A DNA stretch of 64,000 bases, taken from NCBI RefSeq assembly GCF_041146345.1, contig NW_027191404.1, positions 1,798,001 to 1,862,000 of the forward strand. Direction: 5' to 3'. Shown one piece after another: positions 43,436 through 57,561 of this stretch. Below the pieces are notes generated by a model that worked only from the letters and a program-made list of their open reading frames with translations, did no database searches and had not been told where the DNA came from. Positions within the stretch are counted from its first letter, which is position 1. Each line of letters begins with the position of its first letter. The position numbers and the translations under genes are program-made. The stretch is from Neodothiora populina (Eukaryota).

Positions 43436-43895
43436 ATGGCCGGCCTAAAGACCATCATCGCTCTATCATTCGTCCTAGCAATCGGCTTCCTGCTCGTCAT
43501 CCTGTCTTCGGCACTATGGAAAAACTACTTCCCCCTGCTGGTCGTGGCGACATATGTGGTTGCACCTCTACCGAATTGGATATGCGGGCGCGCGGCGAAC
43601 CCAGACGATTTCATGGACCATGGAGCTAGCGGCATCGTCGAGCTGGGCAGGTTCTTGACTGGGTTCTTGGTCGTTATGGGTATCGGTATGATTTCTTCTT
43701 TCTTTTTGGTTTGTTGGGAGAGAAGAAGGGGGTATTGGCTGACATGGCACAACAACGACAGCTCTCCCCGTCGTGCTCGCTCATTGCGCCATTATCCAGA
43801 TCCCCGCCATGATCATGTCTATAGTCGGCGGCTTGCTCATTTACGGCACTATCATCAGCTTCACCATGTTCTTTCAAGAAGAAGAGGAGTTTTGA
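43436..43895 (+). CDS. VPS55: Vacuolar protein sorting protein 55 (OB-RGRP family), 2 exons
   Basis: KTIIALSFVLAIGFLLVILSSAL, YVVAPLPN, GRFLTGFLVVMGI/ALPVVLAH; ends FQEEEEF*. Confidence 0.93.
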
Positions 43896-44298
43896 GAGGA
43901 GATGGGACAGGGTGAGGAAAGAGCGCGAGGGAGAGAGAGACACACACAGAAGAGAGAAGGATGTGGCATATCATATTAGGGTGCGACAATAACAACCATG
44001 ACTATGACTTGCTGCCGGGTCTTGTGTTTTCTGACCATGAGAGAAGTGCTCTGGATGGCTTCATCTACATTCTTACATCAATGCTTACTCGATTGACAGG
44101 CACCCTGGTGGCTGTACATTACATGTGTGTACATGTGCGCGCGTGCATGTGTAATTAATGACCAGTGTGTATAACTTATCATCAATTTTACTCCTTTGAG
44201 CGGAAAGGAAAGAGAGTGCTTCTCGAGCCACATGCGACGAGCACTTCCATCCCTCGTAATTACTAATGATACCGATTGTCCTCGACCATCATGGCCGA

Positions 44299-46174
44299 CT
44301 AGCCCACCCTCGGCTTCGGCACCTTGAAAGGATGCGCCTCCGTATTCAGCACATAATCGTCCAAACTAATAACCTCTGGCTCGCTGAACACAAGATAGAA
44401 ATACTTCAGCGTCTCCGCCAGCCAGAAACTCTCCATCGAGTCCACCACGGTCACCTTGCCGTCCTTGCGTGTAATGTCCGCGAGAGCCCCGTTGGCCAGA
44501 TCCGTCTTGGTGTTCTCCTGGATCGCATTGAACATGTCCCACGCCGACGCCAGAAGGTCTTCGCGTCCCGTTATCCGGTACATGACAAACACACTTTCGA
44601 TGGCTTCCGGCCGTAGCACGTAGCGTCTGTCTCCGATTGCCGTAAACGCCTTTGGGAGACGGTCCGTCTCGATGACCATGTCTGCTGTGGCCCCCCCTTG
44701 TGTCGCCTTTCGCCCCTTACGATTGAGCACGCGTTCCTTCCAGTAGGTTTCATTCCATGCGCAAGGTGCATTGGTCGGACACTCGGTAATAGAAAAAACC
44801 TCGGGCATGATTCCGAGTGGGAGCGCCCTGTAAGTCCAGATGCAGCCATCCGTTAGCCTGCGAGCGATATCGAGATGTTTGTCGTCTTTGAACAATTTGC
44901 CTCCCAACCCGAACATTCCTCCCGCAAAACAAACCAAGTGCTGTCCGGAAAAATCCAGTCCACCAGTCATGTCCTCGTTGACGTTCGCCGTGCCAGCAAT
45001 CAGAATATCCGCGCTGTCCGGTGTCATTGGCCTGAAGATGGTATATTGTATGGATGCAGCCATTGCATCGTGATATAACTTCTCGTACATGGGCTCGAGG
45101 CCGCCGAGTAGCGCATGCATCTTCGGTAGGTACTCGTATAGACTGTCTGCCATGGCTCCGAGGGCAAAGCTGCCGTGCCAGGTAAAGTTCATGGATTTCG
45201 CGTTGACCAAGATGGGCCACATGCCTGGCAGGCGCGTTTGACCCTGCTGCGCTTCGAAGACTTCCATGATACGGTAAGTGGCATCGTACCACCTCGAGTC
45301 GTTCGTGATCTGCGAGAGACGAGTGAACTCCATGGTAAGAGAGCCAATCTCGGCCAGCAGGGATACTTCGTGTGCTTCCTGCGCATATCTTTTCCGGGCA
45401 TCGTTGACTCGCCATCGTGTCACAGGCATACGGTTCGGAGTGTCGAATGCAACTAACAGCATCTCACCGAGTTCTTTCGCTTTGATCAAAAGCCTCTCGT
45501 CGCCACTGAGATCGTAAGCCGAGAGGAAGCCGCCAAGGTATCTGATCGTCGTCTCAAAGACATTGATCTCCTCCATGGTGGTTCCACTGAAGTCTATCGA
45601 GACGGCAGCCGCAACAGCTTCGGCAAACTCATCTTTCAGATCCATGATCCATAGAGTGTCTAAAGCATCAACAAGGGTAGCAGCCCAGCCGCCAAAGTGG
45701 TCTTTGCTGCGTCCTGATATCGGAGCCTACATCCGAGATCCTGTCTTAGCTCCAGGTCTGCATATCATCGAGGCCTAGTGAAGAAAGAAAGGCAGGACTT
45801 ACAAGCTCATCGGCCATCCAGGCATGTTTCTTATAGGACTCCCAGCCCCGTACAAAAGCATCGCGAACTGCATCTCTGCGCTGTTCCCTGACTTGCTTGT
45901 CCTTGGGAGATTCCTGTGGAAATGTGTGTTGCACTTTTGGCAGTCTCAAGGGCTCTCCGGTGGGCACCGGATGTAACGAAGAGACTGGATGGCGAATGGG
46001 CAATTTACTCCAATCAAAATGGCCATCGGGTCCGATAGCAGCATTGCTGTTGAATCCCTGAAGACTGTAGAATGATCCCTCTGAGATGCGGTCGCGATAC
46101 GTGTAGAGTACAAGAGTAAAGACTGCGACTATCACGAGAAAGCGAGTATACCTTGCTCTCGTACCGAATACCAT
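44299..46174 (-). CDS. GH47 class I alpha-1,2-mannosidase (intron 45727-45802)
   Basis: N-terminal TM anchor, AWMADEL/APISG, FETTIRYLGG, AEIGSL, DSLYEYLPK, LRPEAIES, ESFWLAETLKY, NTEAHP. Confidence 0.95.
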
Positions 46175-46484
46175 GCTGTAGTGTTTGCGTACCCGAGAAG
46201 ACTTTACAGACGATGAAGGTGCAGCAGTATACTTTTCGACCGCCTCAAGCAGTTCAGCTCACACAAGTGAACATCAAATGTTGTACAATGGGAAGAGCGA
46301 GATGTGGGACTCAGGACACGACACGCATACGATTGGAGTACTTGGACACAAATATAAGGTAGTCATTGAGCTTCTCAGGTCACAAGCGAAAGTAAAGGTG
46401 CTGCAAGGTGCAGGAGCACATCCAGATAAGGCAATGTGAGTGGTTCTTGGCGGTTTACCATGTAATCGCAATTTCCTCTTCTGG

Positions 46485-46500
46485 ACGCGTCAAGTCGCGT
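46485..46500. promoter_or_regulatory. MCB-like (ACGCGT) cell-cycle elements upstream of the RFC gene
   Basis: ACGCGT at 46485-46490 followed by TCGCGT, about 140 bp before the ATG of a replication gene. Confidence 0.45.
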
Positions 46501-46629
46501 TCTTTCCCCGCGCATCATCAATCAATCAATTGTCGCATCTCAGTCAGTGACCAAGATTGAGTTACCCAAAACCCCCTCTGTCTTACGTTGAACCAGTCCG
46601 AAAAAATACCCCATACCTAAGCACACACC

Positions 46630-47792
46630 ATGGTATCTGCGGAATCATCTACGGCGGCTCAGAATGGCACACGCCCTGCTGGGGCCCCGTCACACTACGA
46701 ATTGCCCTGGTACGTCTGGACGTAGAGTATACAGTATGAACATGTGCTGACAGACATCTGCATCAAGGGTGGAAAAGTACAGGCCAGTCTTTCTAGACGA
46801 CATCGTCGGCAATACAGAGACCATCGAGCGCCTGAAGATCATTGCAAAAGATGGCAACATGCCCCACGTCATCATCTCTGGAATGCCTGGAATCGGCAAA
46901 ACAACGTCCATCCTCTGCTTAGCCCGTCAAATGCTGGGAGACACGTATAAGGAAGCTGTGTTAGAGCTCAACGCCTCAGACGAGCGTGGTATCGATGTGG
47001 TCCGAAATCGCATCAAGGGTTTTGCTCAAAAGAAGGTCACCCTACCCAATGGCCGACAGAAGCTCGTCATCCTCGACGAGGCAGATAGCATGACATCGGG
47101 TGCACAACAGGCTTTGAGGAGAACAATGGAGATCTATTCGGGAACCACGAGATTCGCTTTCGCATGCAACCAGTCCAACAAAATCATCGAGCCTCTACAG
47201 TCCCGTTGTGCTATCTTGAGATACTCGCGCCTGACTGATGGTCAGATTGTCAAGAGATTACTCCAGATCTGCGAGGCTGAGAAGGTCGAATACACCGATG
47301 ACGGACTAGCTGCTCTGGTATTCAGCGCGGAAGGAGATATGCGACAAGCAATCAACAACTTGCAGAGTACGTCGGCGGGCTTCGGCCTTGTAGACGGCGA
47401 CAATGTGTTCCGTGTTGTCGACCAGCCGCATCCCATCAAAGTCCAGGTCATGATCAAGAACTGTTACGAGCAGAGGATCGATGAGGCCCTGACATCGTTG
47501 AAGGAGTTATGGTATGTCTTCCACCACCCTCACATTTGCGAGAAGCGTAGCTAACAACTTCTACCACAGGGACCTGGGTTACTCTTGCCACGACATCATT
47601 AGTACCATGTTCAAGGTTACAAAGACGATCCCTTCCTTGTCGGAACATGCCAAACTCGAATTCATTAGGGAAATTGGCTTCACCCACATGAGGATACTCG
47701 AGGGTGTTCAGACATACCTGCAGCTGTCCGGCTGTATTGCCAAGTTGTGCAAAATCAACATGCCACCTCGCCTTTTTGTCCTGCCCAAGTAA
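46630..47792 (+). CDS. RFC4: Replication factor C small subunit (yeast Rfc4 type), 3 exons
   Basis: [45 protein letters not shown] motif. Confidence 0.95.
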
Positions 47793-48133
47793 GAGAGCAC
47801 ATAGAGTCTTGTGCTTGCTTTCAATTTAGCGATGGCGTTCTGTTTTTCTTGTTTCGGTTGGCTGGGAAAAAGGAATGAATGCATAGCAATAGAGATGAAT
47901 ATGGTGGCAAATGTTAAATCATGACATGTGACTACTTCTCGAGTCTAATGAGATGGGAGAGGAAAGCGAGAAGGCAATACAGAATCACAGATAGATGATG
48001 AGAGGTTACGTGTCGGCACAAACGATTGAAGTCTAGAAACTTGTCGTAATGCTATCATTGTTCACATCCGGGCAACCTATATACAGTCGGCATATGGCCC
48101 ACGTGATTCTCCCTCCGAACACAGAAGCAGACT

Positions 48134-49217
48134 TTAATGCAAGTACTCGGTGAACCAAGAGCAAACAACATTCTTAGCTCTCTCGACACCCATCTTCTGA
48201 GCAGGGTCGGAGGGGTCACCGCGCACGGCGAAACCGTGAGACAAGCCCGTGAAGTACTGGTAGTCGTAGTCGACGCCCAGCTGAGGGATCTTGGAGTTGG
48301 TGTAGTCCTTGAGCTCCTGCGTGTACATGAAGTCGTTCTCAGGCGACAGGATCTGGCAGGGCACCGCGAGGGCGTCGACTTCCTCGGGCTTCAGCAGACT
48401 GGGGTGCGCGGTCGAGATGGCATCGACGAGGTTGTTGCCCTTTGCGCCGAGTTGGAAGACTGCCCAGCCGCCTGTTTGAGGGGGTTCGTCAGTTTTGTTC
48501 TGTTTTGCCATCCTGCCCTTCTGCTTTATTTGTGCATGCTAGCCATCACACTATCATGCTCCAGACTCGGGGAGAAAGATCAAGGACGGAAGAAGGAAAA
48601 GAAATGTTCCAAGACTCACCCCAGCAGAAACCAATAGCGCCGACCTTCTTGTACTGACCCTTGAGAGCCTGGGCGCATGACTTGATCTCAGGGAATCGCT
48701 TCTCCTTGCTGTTGCGGCCTAGGAAGGCCATCAGGTCGAACTTGGCCTTCTTCTCGGGGTCCGACATGGCGTCGGGGTCGACGACCTCGCCACCGAAGCT
48801 GTATGTTTTGTCAGTTCTTCTGTTCTGGCTCTTGTTCTTCTTGTCGCTGCTTCTGGCTCGTCTGCACACATGTACACATACCCGCTCCGCCAATTGGGGC
48901 CTCTGATCTCTGGCGAACGGATAACATCCACAACCTCCATTCATACCGCTTCTTTGGCGGAGACAGAGCAAGGAAGCAGAATCGAAAGAGCAATTCACTC
49001 ACAAGTCGGGAATGTAGACAGTAGCATTGGCCTCCTTTGCGTAGTGGTCGGCGAGAACACGCACGTTGGGCAGAGTCCAGCCAAAGACGTCGTGGACAAT
49101 CATGATGGCGGCATCCGGGTTGCTACCAGTGACGTATGCATTGTTGCTTCCGAGCTTGGTCTCCTTGCCCGAGGGAGAGGCATCCCACTTGTATCCAGAC
49201 TTGCAGCAATCAGACAT
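48134..49217 (-). CDS. Dienelactone hydrolase family protein, multi-exon
   Basis: MSDCCKSG, HDVFGW, ADHYA, GFCWG nucleophile, STAHPS, HGFAVRGD. Confidence 0.92.
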
Positions 49218-50506
49218 TTTTGCGAATTGGTTGTGTATATGAAAGTGCAAAAGGTTCAACAGCGTAGTGGAAGTTCAAAGAGGGAGACAAAGAGGGCGGG
49301 GTGGGTTCCGATAAGGTAGCGGTAGTAGTAGTGCTTTGCGGTATAGGTCGAAACGTAAACACTTCCGAAGCTTGCTTGCAGAAGAGTGATTTGACCACAA
49401 GGTAAAAAGGACGGGCCCTTTGCTGTTATTTATATGTGAATAGTAACCAGACGATCGTCTTCTCTTATGCAGCTTTTCCCAGGACCAAAATCAGACACTC
49501 ACCCCCCGAGCCAGGAGAAACCGATGGATCTTCGGCCTGGTTTTCCATTACTAAACCCTGCTATGGTTCACAATTACCCTTCCATGGTGGGGCACTTTCT
49601 GCCCGTCTCAAGCAAGACAGCATTACACAATTGATGCGCGCGCCAGTGCACATACCATCGTAGCTCACACTCACATTACTGCCCCCTCCTCCCCGCCGGT
49701 ACCGGCAAATTGTGTGACAAGAGCCGACAGCAGTCGGACAAGTCTAGCGCCGAGTGATGCCGACGAGCGGCTCGCGCACTCCCCTTTGACCGTCTGGGAA
49801 TAAAAGCTGTCTGGGACCGACTGTAAGGATACTGCGACTTTTCCATAATCGGAACTTAATATGGAGTGTCATACAGTATGGTCCAATCGCAGGGCAGAAC
49901 AGTACTGTAGTTTCCGGGTGCCTGATGTCGCCGCCTTGCGTCCGAAACAGATTTGTAACGAACACGTCAGTTATTTCCGGGCGTGGAGCGGAGGATCAGG
50001 ATCGGTTAACGCCCTGAGTTGAGCGGTTCGGTACAGTACTGTACCTCATTCACGGTGCAGTACCATTGCATATACAGTATTATCCATCCTGATATCGAAG
50101 AGCAGCACATACAGTGCAGTAACGGTGACATTTGTCATATAGATGCAATCTTTCGATAATCCTGCCGCACATTGCGCACCCCAGTCAGTAAGTCCGAATA
50201 CTACACTCTCAAAGTATGTCGACTCTCGCAACTAGGCATCCACTTGAGAGGATGGATCTGCCTCAACCACAACATGTGCTTGCGTAGAAGCCAATTTCTG
50301 AGGAACATCTCCTAAATTTCTGCCTATAGAAGACACCATTCCGGCCAATGTCATCTGAGACAATCGTCTGAAGATTCGTTTGACAGTAAGACTTTACCGA
50401 GAAGTTACCATACTGTACCTGGCAGGTAGAACAGTGCACAGGATGTTGTACGCGGCATTGACAATCTCGTTACTGACAGCCTCGGGCGGAGTGTCGGTCA
50501 AGCAGA

Positions 50507-52549
50507 CTAAGAACTGCAAGAGCACTGCATGGCTCTGCTGAATCTGGGCACATCTCCGCAGAACCTCTCCTCCTCTTCCTTGTTCCAGCCCCATTCTTCT
50601 TCGAATGGATTTAGAGCCATCTTCATGATGTTGTCAATGATCTCCCGTTCCCCCTTTTCTTCCACACGAGTGATCAGCTCATCAAGAATCCATGAGCGAG
50701 GTATGAACTATAGTTTTCGTTAGTGAATGGCGACAAAAAGACAGAGCGTGTGCATTACCTTTGGGTTCACTTTCTTCATGGCGGTTTGACGTTCAGCATC
50801 CTTGTCCGCTCCCCAATCTTCAAGGACCCTCTCTCTCCAATGTCCCAGCCACTTGGCAATTCTTGCCCTCGCGTCATCTTCGTTTCCTGCCAGACCAGTC
50901 AAGCCCTCATGATGGAAGAAGACGCCTGCTTTGTCTTTTCTCTTTTCCTCGGTATCAATCTCGCTCATGGTCATATGGCTTAGCTTTCTGAAGGTGTGGT
51001 GGAAGTCCAGCTCCAAAGCCTCGAGAGTATCCAGCAATTCGGAGAAGAGCACTTCGAAATCAGATTCCTTGTGAACCTTCAGCCCTAGCCGGGCAGTCAT
51101 GAGGCGCTTGTACTCGGCCAGGAACACAGCCTTGTACTCATCGCCGGTGCGATCGATGATGTTCTCGGCACGTTGTATGAGCTCGTCAGTCCACTCCTTG
51201 CCAACTCCCTCGATGACAAATTCCTCTTCGTCACACCGTGCGCCAGCTCCAATGATTTCACCAACGGCTTCGCCCAATCTGACGAGGTTCCACCAGATTA
51301 TACTTGGCTGATTACGATAGCTATACCTCAGCATGCCGTCGTCGTGATTAGGTGTGTAGTTCGGGTCAAAATTGTCCAAGAAAGCAAATGGACCAAAATC
51401 GATGCTTAGACCGTAGATAGAGGTGTTGTCGGTGTTCAGTACACCATTAGTGAAGGCGTATGCTTGCCAGTACGCGACTGTTTTGGCGTTGCGGCGGGCA
51501 ATTTCGCGGTATATGCGAGCGAAGCGATTTTCTTCTGCATCTCCCTCGCCTTGTACGACATTCGAGCCTACACCTCGTCCAGGGTCGATTGCCATCTCGT
51601 TCACGTCACCAGCTCGTAGCTGAGATGGCAAATTCTCCCAGCCGCCGAAGACGTGCTCTGCCACATAAGTACATAGTTCGCGGATTAGCTTTCGGTCGCC
51701 ACGTGTACGCATAAGATCGAATGTGCCGAATCGTAGCCAACTTTGAGCGAATCTGGCGACGATGGCACCTGGTTCCATGCGCTCTCTTCGTACTTTATCC
51801 TCGGAGGTAAGTGTTAGGCTGAGCGCTCTTGTGGTCGGAATACCCAGCGCATGTAGAGATTCACTGACGACGAACTCTCTGATCGAACTTCGCAAGACAG
51901 CTTTGCCATCTGCGAATCTACTGTATGGTGTTTTTCCAGCACCCTTGAGTTGGACCTCGTATCTTACTCCGGATGATGGATTTGTAGTCTCGAAAAGCGA
52001 TATAGCTCTTCCATCACCGAGTTGACCAGCCCACTGGCCGAACTGGTAGCCTCCGTAGCATTGAGCCCAAGGGTATAATTGCTCTTTTCGCTGCTCTTCT
52101 GCAGGTTTATCCCTGCTATCCATCGCTTCATCTTCCGACCAGGTCAGGATCTTGTTTCCTGCTACTACATCCTTGAACTCTTCAGTCTGCACCGTTGAAG
52201 GATCAATAGCTAGTGAGCTAAGGGCCGCTGGGGAGACGGCTAGAAGCTCTGATGTCTTTGGTGGATGAGGCCGGACATATGTATAGAGTGCATTCCTGAC
52301 CATGCGAGGACCGAGAGCTTTGCGGTCAGCAGTGTGCGATACCAGTGGCGTCGTGTACTCAGTGTCGGGTGGTAGAGTCGTCGTGAAGACGTTCGATTTG
52401 GGCAAGTCCCTTAGGGAAAAGGTTTTGTCATTCTGCGTGTGACTGTCATACATGCCGGGCAAGTCGCCCTTGCTACTAAGTTGCGCGGCCATTAGTGCTA
52501 ATCGAGACCTTGCAGGACTTTGGCGCAATGGCAGTCTTTTGGAGAGCAT
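50507..52549 (-). CDS. FMP40: SelO/YdiU pseudokinase-fold protein adenylyltransferase, mitochondrial
   Basis: YGGYQFGQWAGQLGDGRA, QLKGAGKTPYSRFADGKAVLRSSIRE, GVLNTDN, IDFGPF; last exon FIPRSWIL...MQCSCSS*. Confidence 0.94.
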
Positions 52550-53291
52550 ATACGTTCTGCTTGAAAGGTGAAAGCATGCACTAAAGCGTGTGGACGTTCT
52601 AGAGCTTTGTATGAGAGGAACCTGGTTCGAAAGGGTCTATATCAAGAATGTGGCAACAAGTTCTGTATGATTATTGGTCACAAAGACTTTGTGATCACAT
52701 CAAGTTACCTAGTATCACATACAAGTCCAACTCACAATGACGTTTTGGCCCTCGGTACTTGCATTCTCAAACACAGATACCTTATCGCTATGCGGGGTGG
52801 AGTGGCGTTAACGACTAACTTCCGAAGACTTCTCGACTTCACCTGGTCTTCTTCCATCGCCCAGAAGGTACGTACTATGTCCCCAATGGCCACATTCCGT
52901 ATGCAATACATCCCATCTTCCTCTATAAGTAGTTCGCAGGTAGGATCTTAGTCTGAGGTAGGGGTTGATGGAGTACCAAAGGTGCCGAGATGTCAGTTCT
53001 GGTGATACGTAAGGTACCTCCATGGTCAGGTCGCTCTTTCCTTGACATCCACGCACGTAGTTGGTCTCACCATCTCAGAACAGTATACACTAGTAGCGTA
53101 GGTCAGATATGTATACACACATTGGACTCTATAGTTGGAATTATTGCGACGCGCCCATATATTACCTTCACCTCTCGAGGAAGAATACACGTCTTTCACT
53201 CTTTCACCACAAATCGTTACCGGAATCAAGGCAAGGACAGGATTGCCTCGAAGGACATCAGATCCTTGCAACTAGGACGAGCACATTGGCC

Positions 53292-54689
53292 ATGTTACCA
53301 TCCACTTGTACGGAACCTCCTGTCCTAGACAGACTACCGTCACTCATTACTTTCTATCCTCACCTTGCTCGGCTTGTAGCGACTCATTTAGGTGCGCCTG
53401 ACCTCATTCAGCTCACCAAGGTTTCAAGGCCGCTCCGCAATGCCATCCATGGGCAGCTCTTCGATCTTGAACGTAAACTACTGCAATTCGTCCACCGGCC
53501 GCAGAGATTCAGGCAGGCTCTTCGTGAATCATCTGCGATCATCTCAGGAGGTTTTGCTCGGCGGTTCTTTGAGCATGTTCACCGCTGCGGAATGATGCTT
53601 GGCATATATGTTGCCGAGGGCAAAGATGCCCAAATGATGCAAGACTACATACTCAATCAGGAGAAATACCGACTTGTGACAGAAGGACCAGGGCTGGGCG
53701 ATGCCGAAAGGTCGTTTAACAAAGTAAGAACAAGGCTATCAAGTTCGGGCCACCTGGGCTGATGTCGAGTAAAGATTAGCGTATACACTCGCAAGACCGC
53801 AAAATACAACAGAGTTGCCGTTCGGATCCACGAGACCAAGCAAACACCCCTACAAGGCCTGCTCAATCATACATATACCACCACGGCCCTCAACTTGACC
53901 TCCTTCGACAAGGCGTATTGCATCTTCCCTTCTGCTACGTTCACCCAACGTAAATTATATATGCTACGCCCGTTGGATGAGCACATGGCATCTGTCTTGA
54001 GGGAACACAGAGATGAAGGTTAGAAGCTTGAAGACATGATCAGACCTCTTGGTAATAGACACAATCCAATATCCGATGCCTACGGCCCTGAACTACCTGG
54101 GTGCATGAGAGGGGATCGAAGACTTGGGGACTGGCACTGTTGGACGTTGAAGTTGAGGCCATTACCAGAGCCCATGTCAAGAGACACGACCCAGCCTTAC
54201 ATCGAGGCGCATTCATTCCGCATCTCCCCAAGGCTAGGTAGGGAAAATTACTTCACACCATTCTTTCCGCTCGAGTCATATACATTCGGGCATTGCATGC
54301 TCCGCTTTCGCTATATTTTCAGCCGACTCGAGTGGGTTTACGCTCTGATAAACCGTCTCGACGAGATGCTGGTGTTACAGCTTGCCACTCTCGAAAAGTC
54401 AAAGCGACTAAAACGGTCGCTAACAGAGCTCTCTTATCCAAACACACCTCCCGAAGACTGCGCTGAGCTCGCTTTGCACGAAGATCTGCTTCGCGGAATG
54501 TACACAGCACAGACAGGGTTGGTGAGCACACTGGATGGTGTTTACACAACTCTCGATCATCACTCGGACGTTGGGGGATATGCGGATCAAATATTGCAGA
54601 CTTGGTTCGAGGACTTCATTTCCCAGACTTGTCACTGTGATCCCCTCGAACGAGATGTTCACTATCACAGAGTCTATCTCCATCATTAG
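53292..54689 (+). pseudogene. Fungal hypothetical gene with an in-frame nonsense codon
   Basis: FR.AL.ESSAIISGGFA..FF exon; second exon reads ...AYCIFP...RDEG*KLEDMIRP...RRLGDWHCW with TAG at 54021-54023 in frame with ORF 54036-54689. Confidence 0.6.
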
Positions 54690-56132
54690 ACTATCTTTTA
54701 GACTTGCAATAATCATGATTGCGAAGAATTGACTTGGTTGTGTACATGTAAGCAATCGATCTTTTCATGGACCCATCAACTTGCTCAATAGAGTTGCTTT
54801 GACCTTCAAATGCTACCGTCCTGGGGAATGAGTAAGAACGTGGCGTATGAAATGCAATATGTCCAGATTGACACGTGATGGTCTTGTACTGTAAATTGGA
54901 AGGTTGCTTCAGTGCACGGGCTAGTTGTACAGCAGATAAGCTTGCATTTAGAAAGCCGTGGGCCACAGTATGTTGAGATTAGCTTTACGGCATGAATAGG
55001 CGTTCACCAGGTTTACTGCAGTGCTGTATAATTGAGTTCCTGACCTTACATTGATATCCTTTTCTCTTAGGTAGGCTTGTGAGGGCGTTTGGCTCGACGC
55101 TTCAAAACACACCTCATGTTCCTTGTAGATCTTATCACGACATCTGACGTCACATGAGTACATTTCCACACTTTGGACAGACAACAACACATGGAGTGCA
55201 GAACATCAGCTGGGACGCAAAAACTTGCCTAAGTGGGAAGCATGCAGAGACCTGGAAACGCTAACCGATCATCAGGGCGCTTGGCTGGCAGCCGACAAAT
55301 CTAGGGTCTTATGATCAACGGTCCTCGCAGGGGCGAGAAGCAAGGGGTCGGATTGTATGTGTAAGGTACGGTAAGAAAAAACAGGGTAAAGTAAGGTAGT
55401 ACAATAGCAGAAAGCCAGGAATGCGAAACCACCTGCCGCAAGATAAACACAAGACTATCTTACCTGTGGTTGCCACAAGCTATATTACGGTCGCTGCGCC
55501 GGCAAAGAAGACCATTCTATCACATCCCTGCGTTTATTAAGTAGACCTGTAGAGAGATAGCGACGTTGACGTTTTTTCTTCTTCTTCCGCGTTTAGTGTA
55601 TGGCCGCGAAGTGACAGCGTAACATGATTGAGAGCCGCAATTGTCTGCATGACGATCTTTGTCATCTCTTGACTTGCAGTTCGGATATAGAAAATCTCTG
55701 CACCAAGGGCCTCGACCTTGATGCTAGTGCGACAGACAGGTACTCAACCGAGTCTGGCGAATATATTGAACGGGATTCCATGGAAGATTGTTAATATTAG
55801 CAGGCCTAGTGTCGTAGCAACCAATCAACAAGGTTAGGTTAACCTCTTTACAAAGCACGACACAACGGGCTACATAATCCTTCGGAATAGAGCCGTGAGG
55901 TGCGCATAAGCGTGATTGGGCGAGATAGAGCATCAAAAGCAAGCAAATTAATCCGATTATGTGCGACGTTTCGAAGACTCCGACCCACTTTCCCCCAACT
56001 TCGATCGAAGGCTGGCTTGGTCATAGCTCGCGTTGATATATCACCTCGTTTCTCCCCTACTACGGATCAGCTCACCCCGTCCATTTGATACCCCTTGCTC
56101 CACAAGTAGTCCATCAAAAAAATCCATTCAAA

Positions 56133-57106
56133 ATGGCTCCCAAGATCGCCATTGTCTATGTAAGTCGTGCCTGCCCGTGAATCCGACTCTGGAGTCTTTT
56201 TGATTCTTCCCAAATGCTGTACTTGGAGCTATATGGAAGACCACGCGTGCTGATATGGCCATTGTAGTATTCCATGTACGGCCATGTCGCCCAGCTCGCT
56301 GAGGCTGAGGCCGCTGGTATCAAGGAAGCTGGTGGTTTCTGCGACATTTTCCAGGTTGACGAGACTCTTCCTGAGGACGTTCTTGCCAAGATGCATGCGC
56401 CTCCCAAGCCTTCTCACATCCAGACCCTCACCGACCCCAGCGTCCTTGAGCAGTACGATGGTTTCCTCTTCGGAATCCCTACCAGATTCGGGTATGTCTG
56501 AGCCTTTGTTGCCTCAGCCATTGGCCATGATGGGCTAACATTGACTGTAGTAACTTCCCTGCTCAATTCAAGTCTTTCTGGGACAAGACCGGTGGGCAGT
56601 GGCAGACCGGTGCCTTCTGGGGCAAGTACGCTGGTGTCTTCGTCAGCACTGCCACCGCCGGTGGTGGTCAGGAGACCACTGTCATCAGCACCATGGGCAC
56701 TCTTGCTCACCACGGTATAATCTACGTTCCTCTCGGTTACAAAACCGTCTTTGGCACCCTTGCCGACCTCACCGAGGTTCGCGGTGGCTCTCCCTGGGGT
56801 GCCGGTACCTTCGCTGCTGGTGACGGTTCCCGCCAGCCTTCCGCAAAGGAGATCTCGCTCGCCACCGAGCAGGGCAAGGCTTTCTACAACCACCTCGCCA
56901 AGGTCAACTTCGGCTCTGCCCCGGCTGCCGTCGGCAAGGAGGCCGTTGCGACCGACGCCGCCGCCGCCGCCGCCGCACCTTCCACCGCCACACAATCGAA
57001 GCCCACCACAGCTGCTGCACAGGAGACAACGACACAACCGCAGCACAAGGAGGAGCACGACAAGTCCGGACCTTGCGGCCTTCCGGTCAAGTGCGTCATC
57101 TCCTAG
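56133..57106 (+). CDS. WrbA/Pst2/Ycp4-family flavodoxin-like NAD(P)H:quinone oxidoreductase, 3 exons
   Basis: KIAIVY/YSMYGH, FGIPTRFG/NFPAQ, GGGQET, GGSPWGAGT; C-terminal extension ending CVIS. Confidence 0.95.
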
Positions 57107-57561
57107 AGGAAGAGACTGTACGATGACAACAGCAACCATGACAACAAACCCTTTTTCCTCACTCCTACCTCCTCCAATAATTATATACCCCACTTTTTAT
57201 TGCGCAAGCATTCGCGGCTAGGTTGCGTGAGCTCCGTTCCTATACGGTTGTTGGCCGTGCGCCACCGCTTCTTGTATTATTTCGGGAAGCTTGACGATGA
57301 ATTTATACATCGCGAGCTCGCTTTAATATAGTCATTACAAAACACGATGAATTTCACCAGCAAAGAGTCTGTCAAAGCTCGTCGTCCATCTCTTTTGTGA
57401 GGCCACCACATGTGGACATACATGCTCTCTGCCACAGTGATCCGGTAAGTATCAAGATCTAGAATCAAGGTGACTTTGAAATCTTGATATTTCCTATTTG
57501 CATTACAACACCTTTGTTTAATCTATCCTTGTCATGCATTGTAAACCTGATCTATTCATCT

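Noticed and set aside
47903..47911. Perfect Rpn4/PACE site GGTGGCAAA
   Set aside because: Lies between two convergent 3' ends, 5 kb from the proteasome gene; likely chance.
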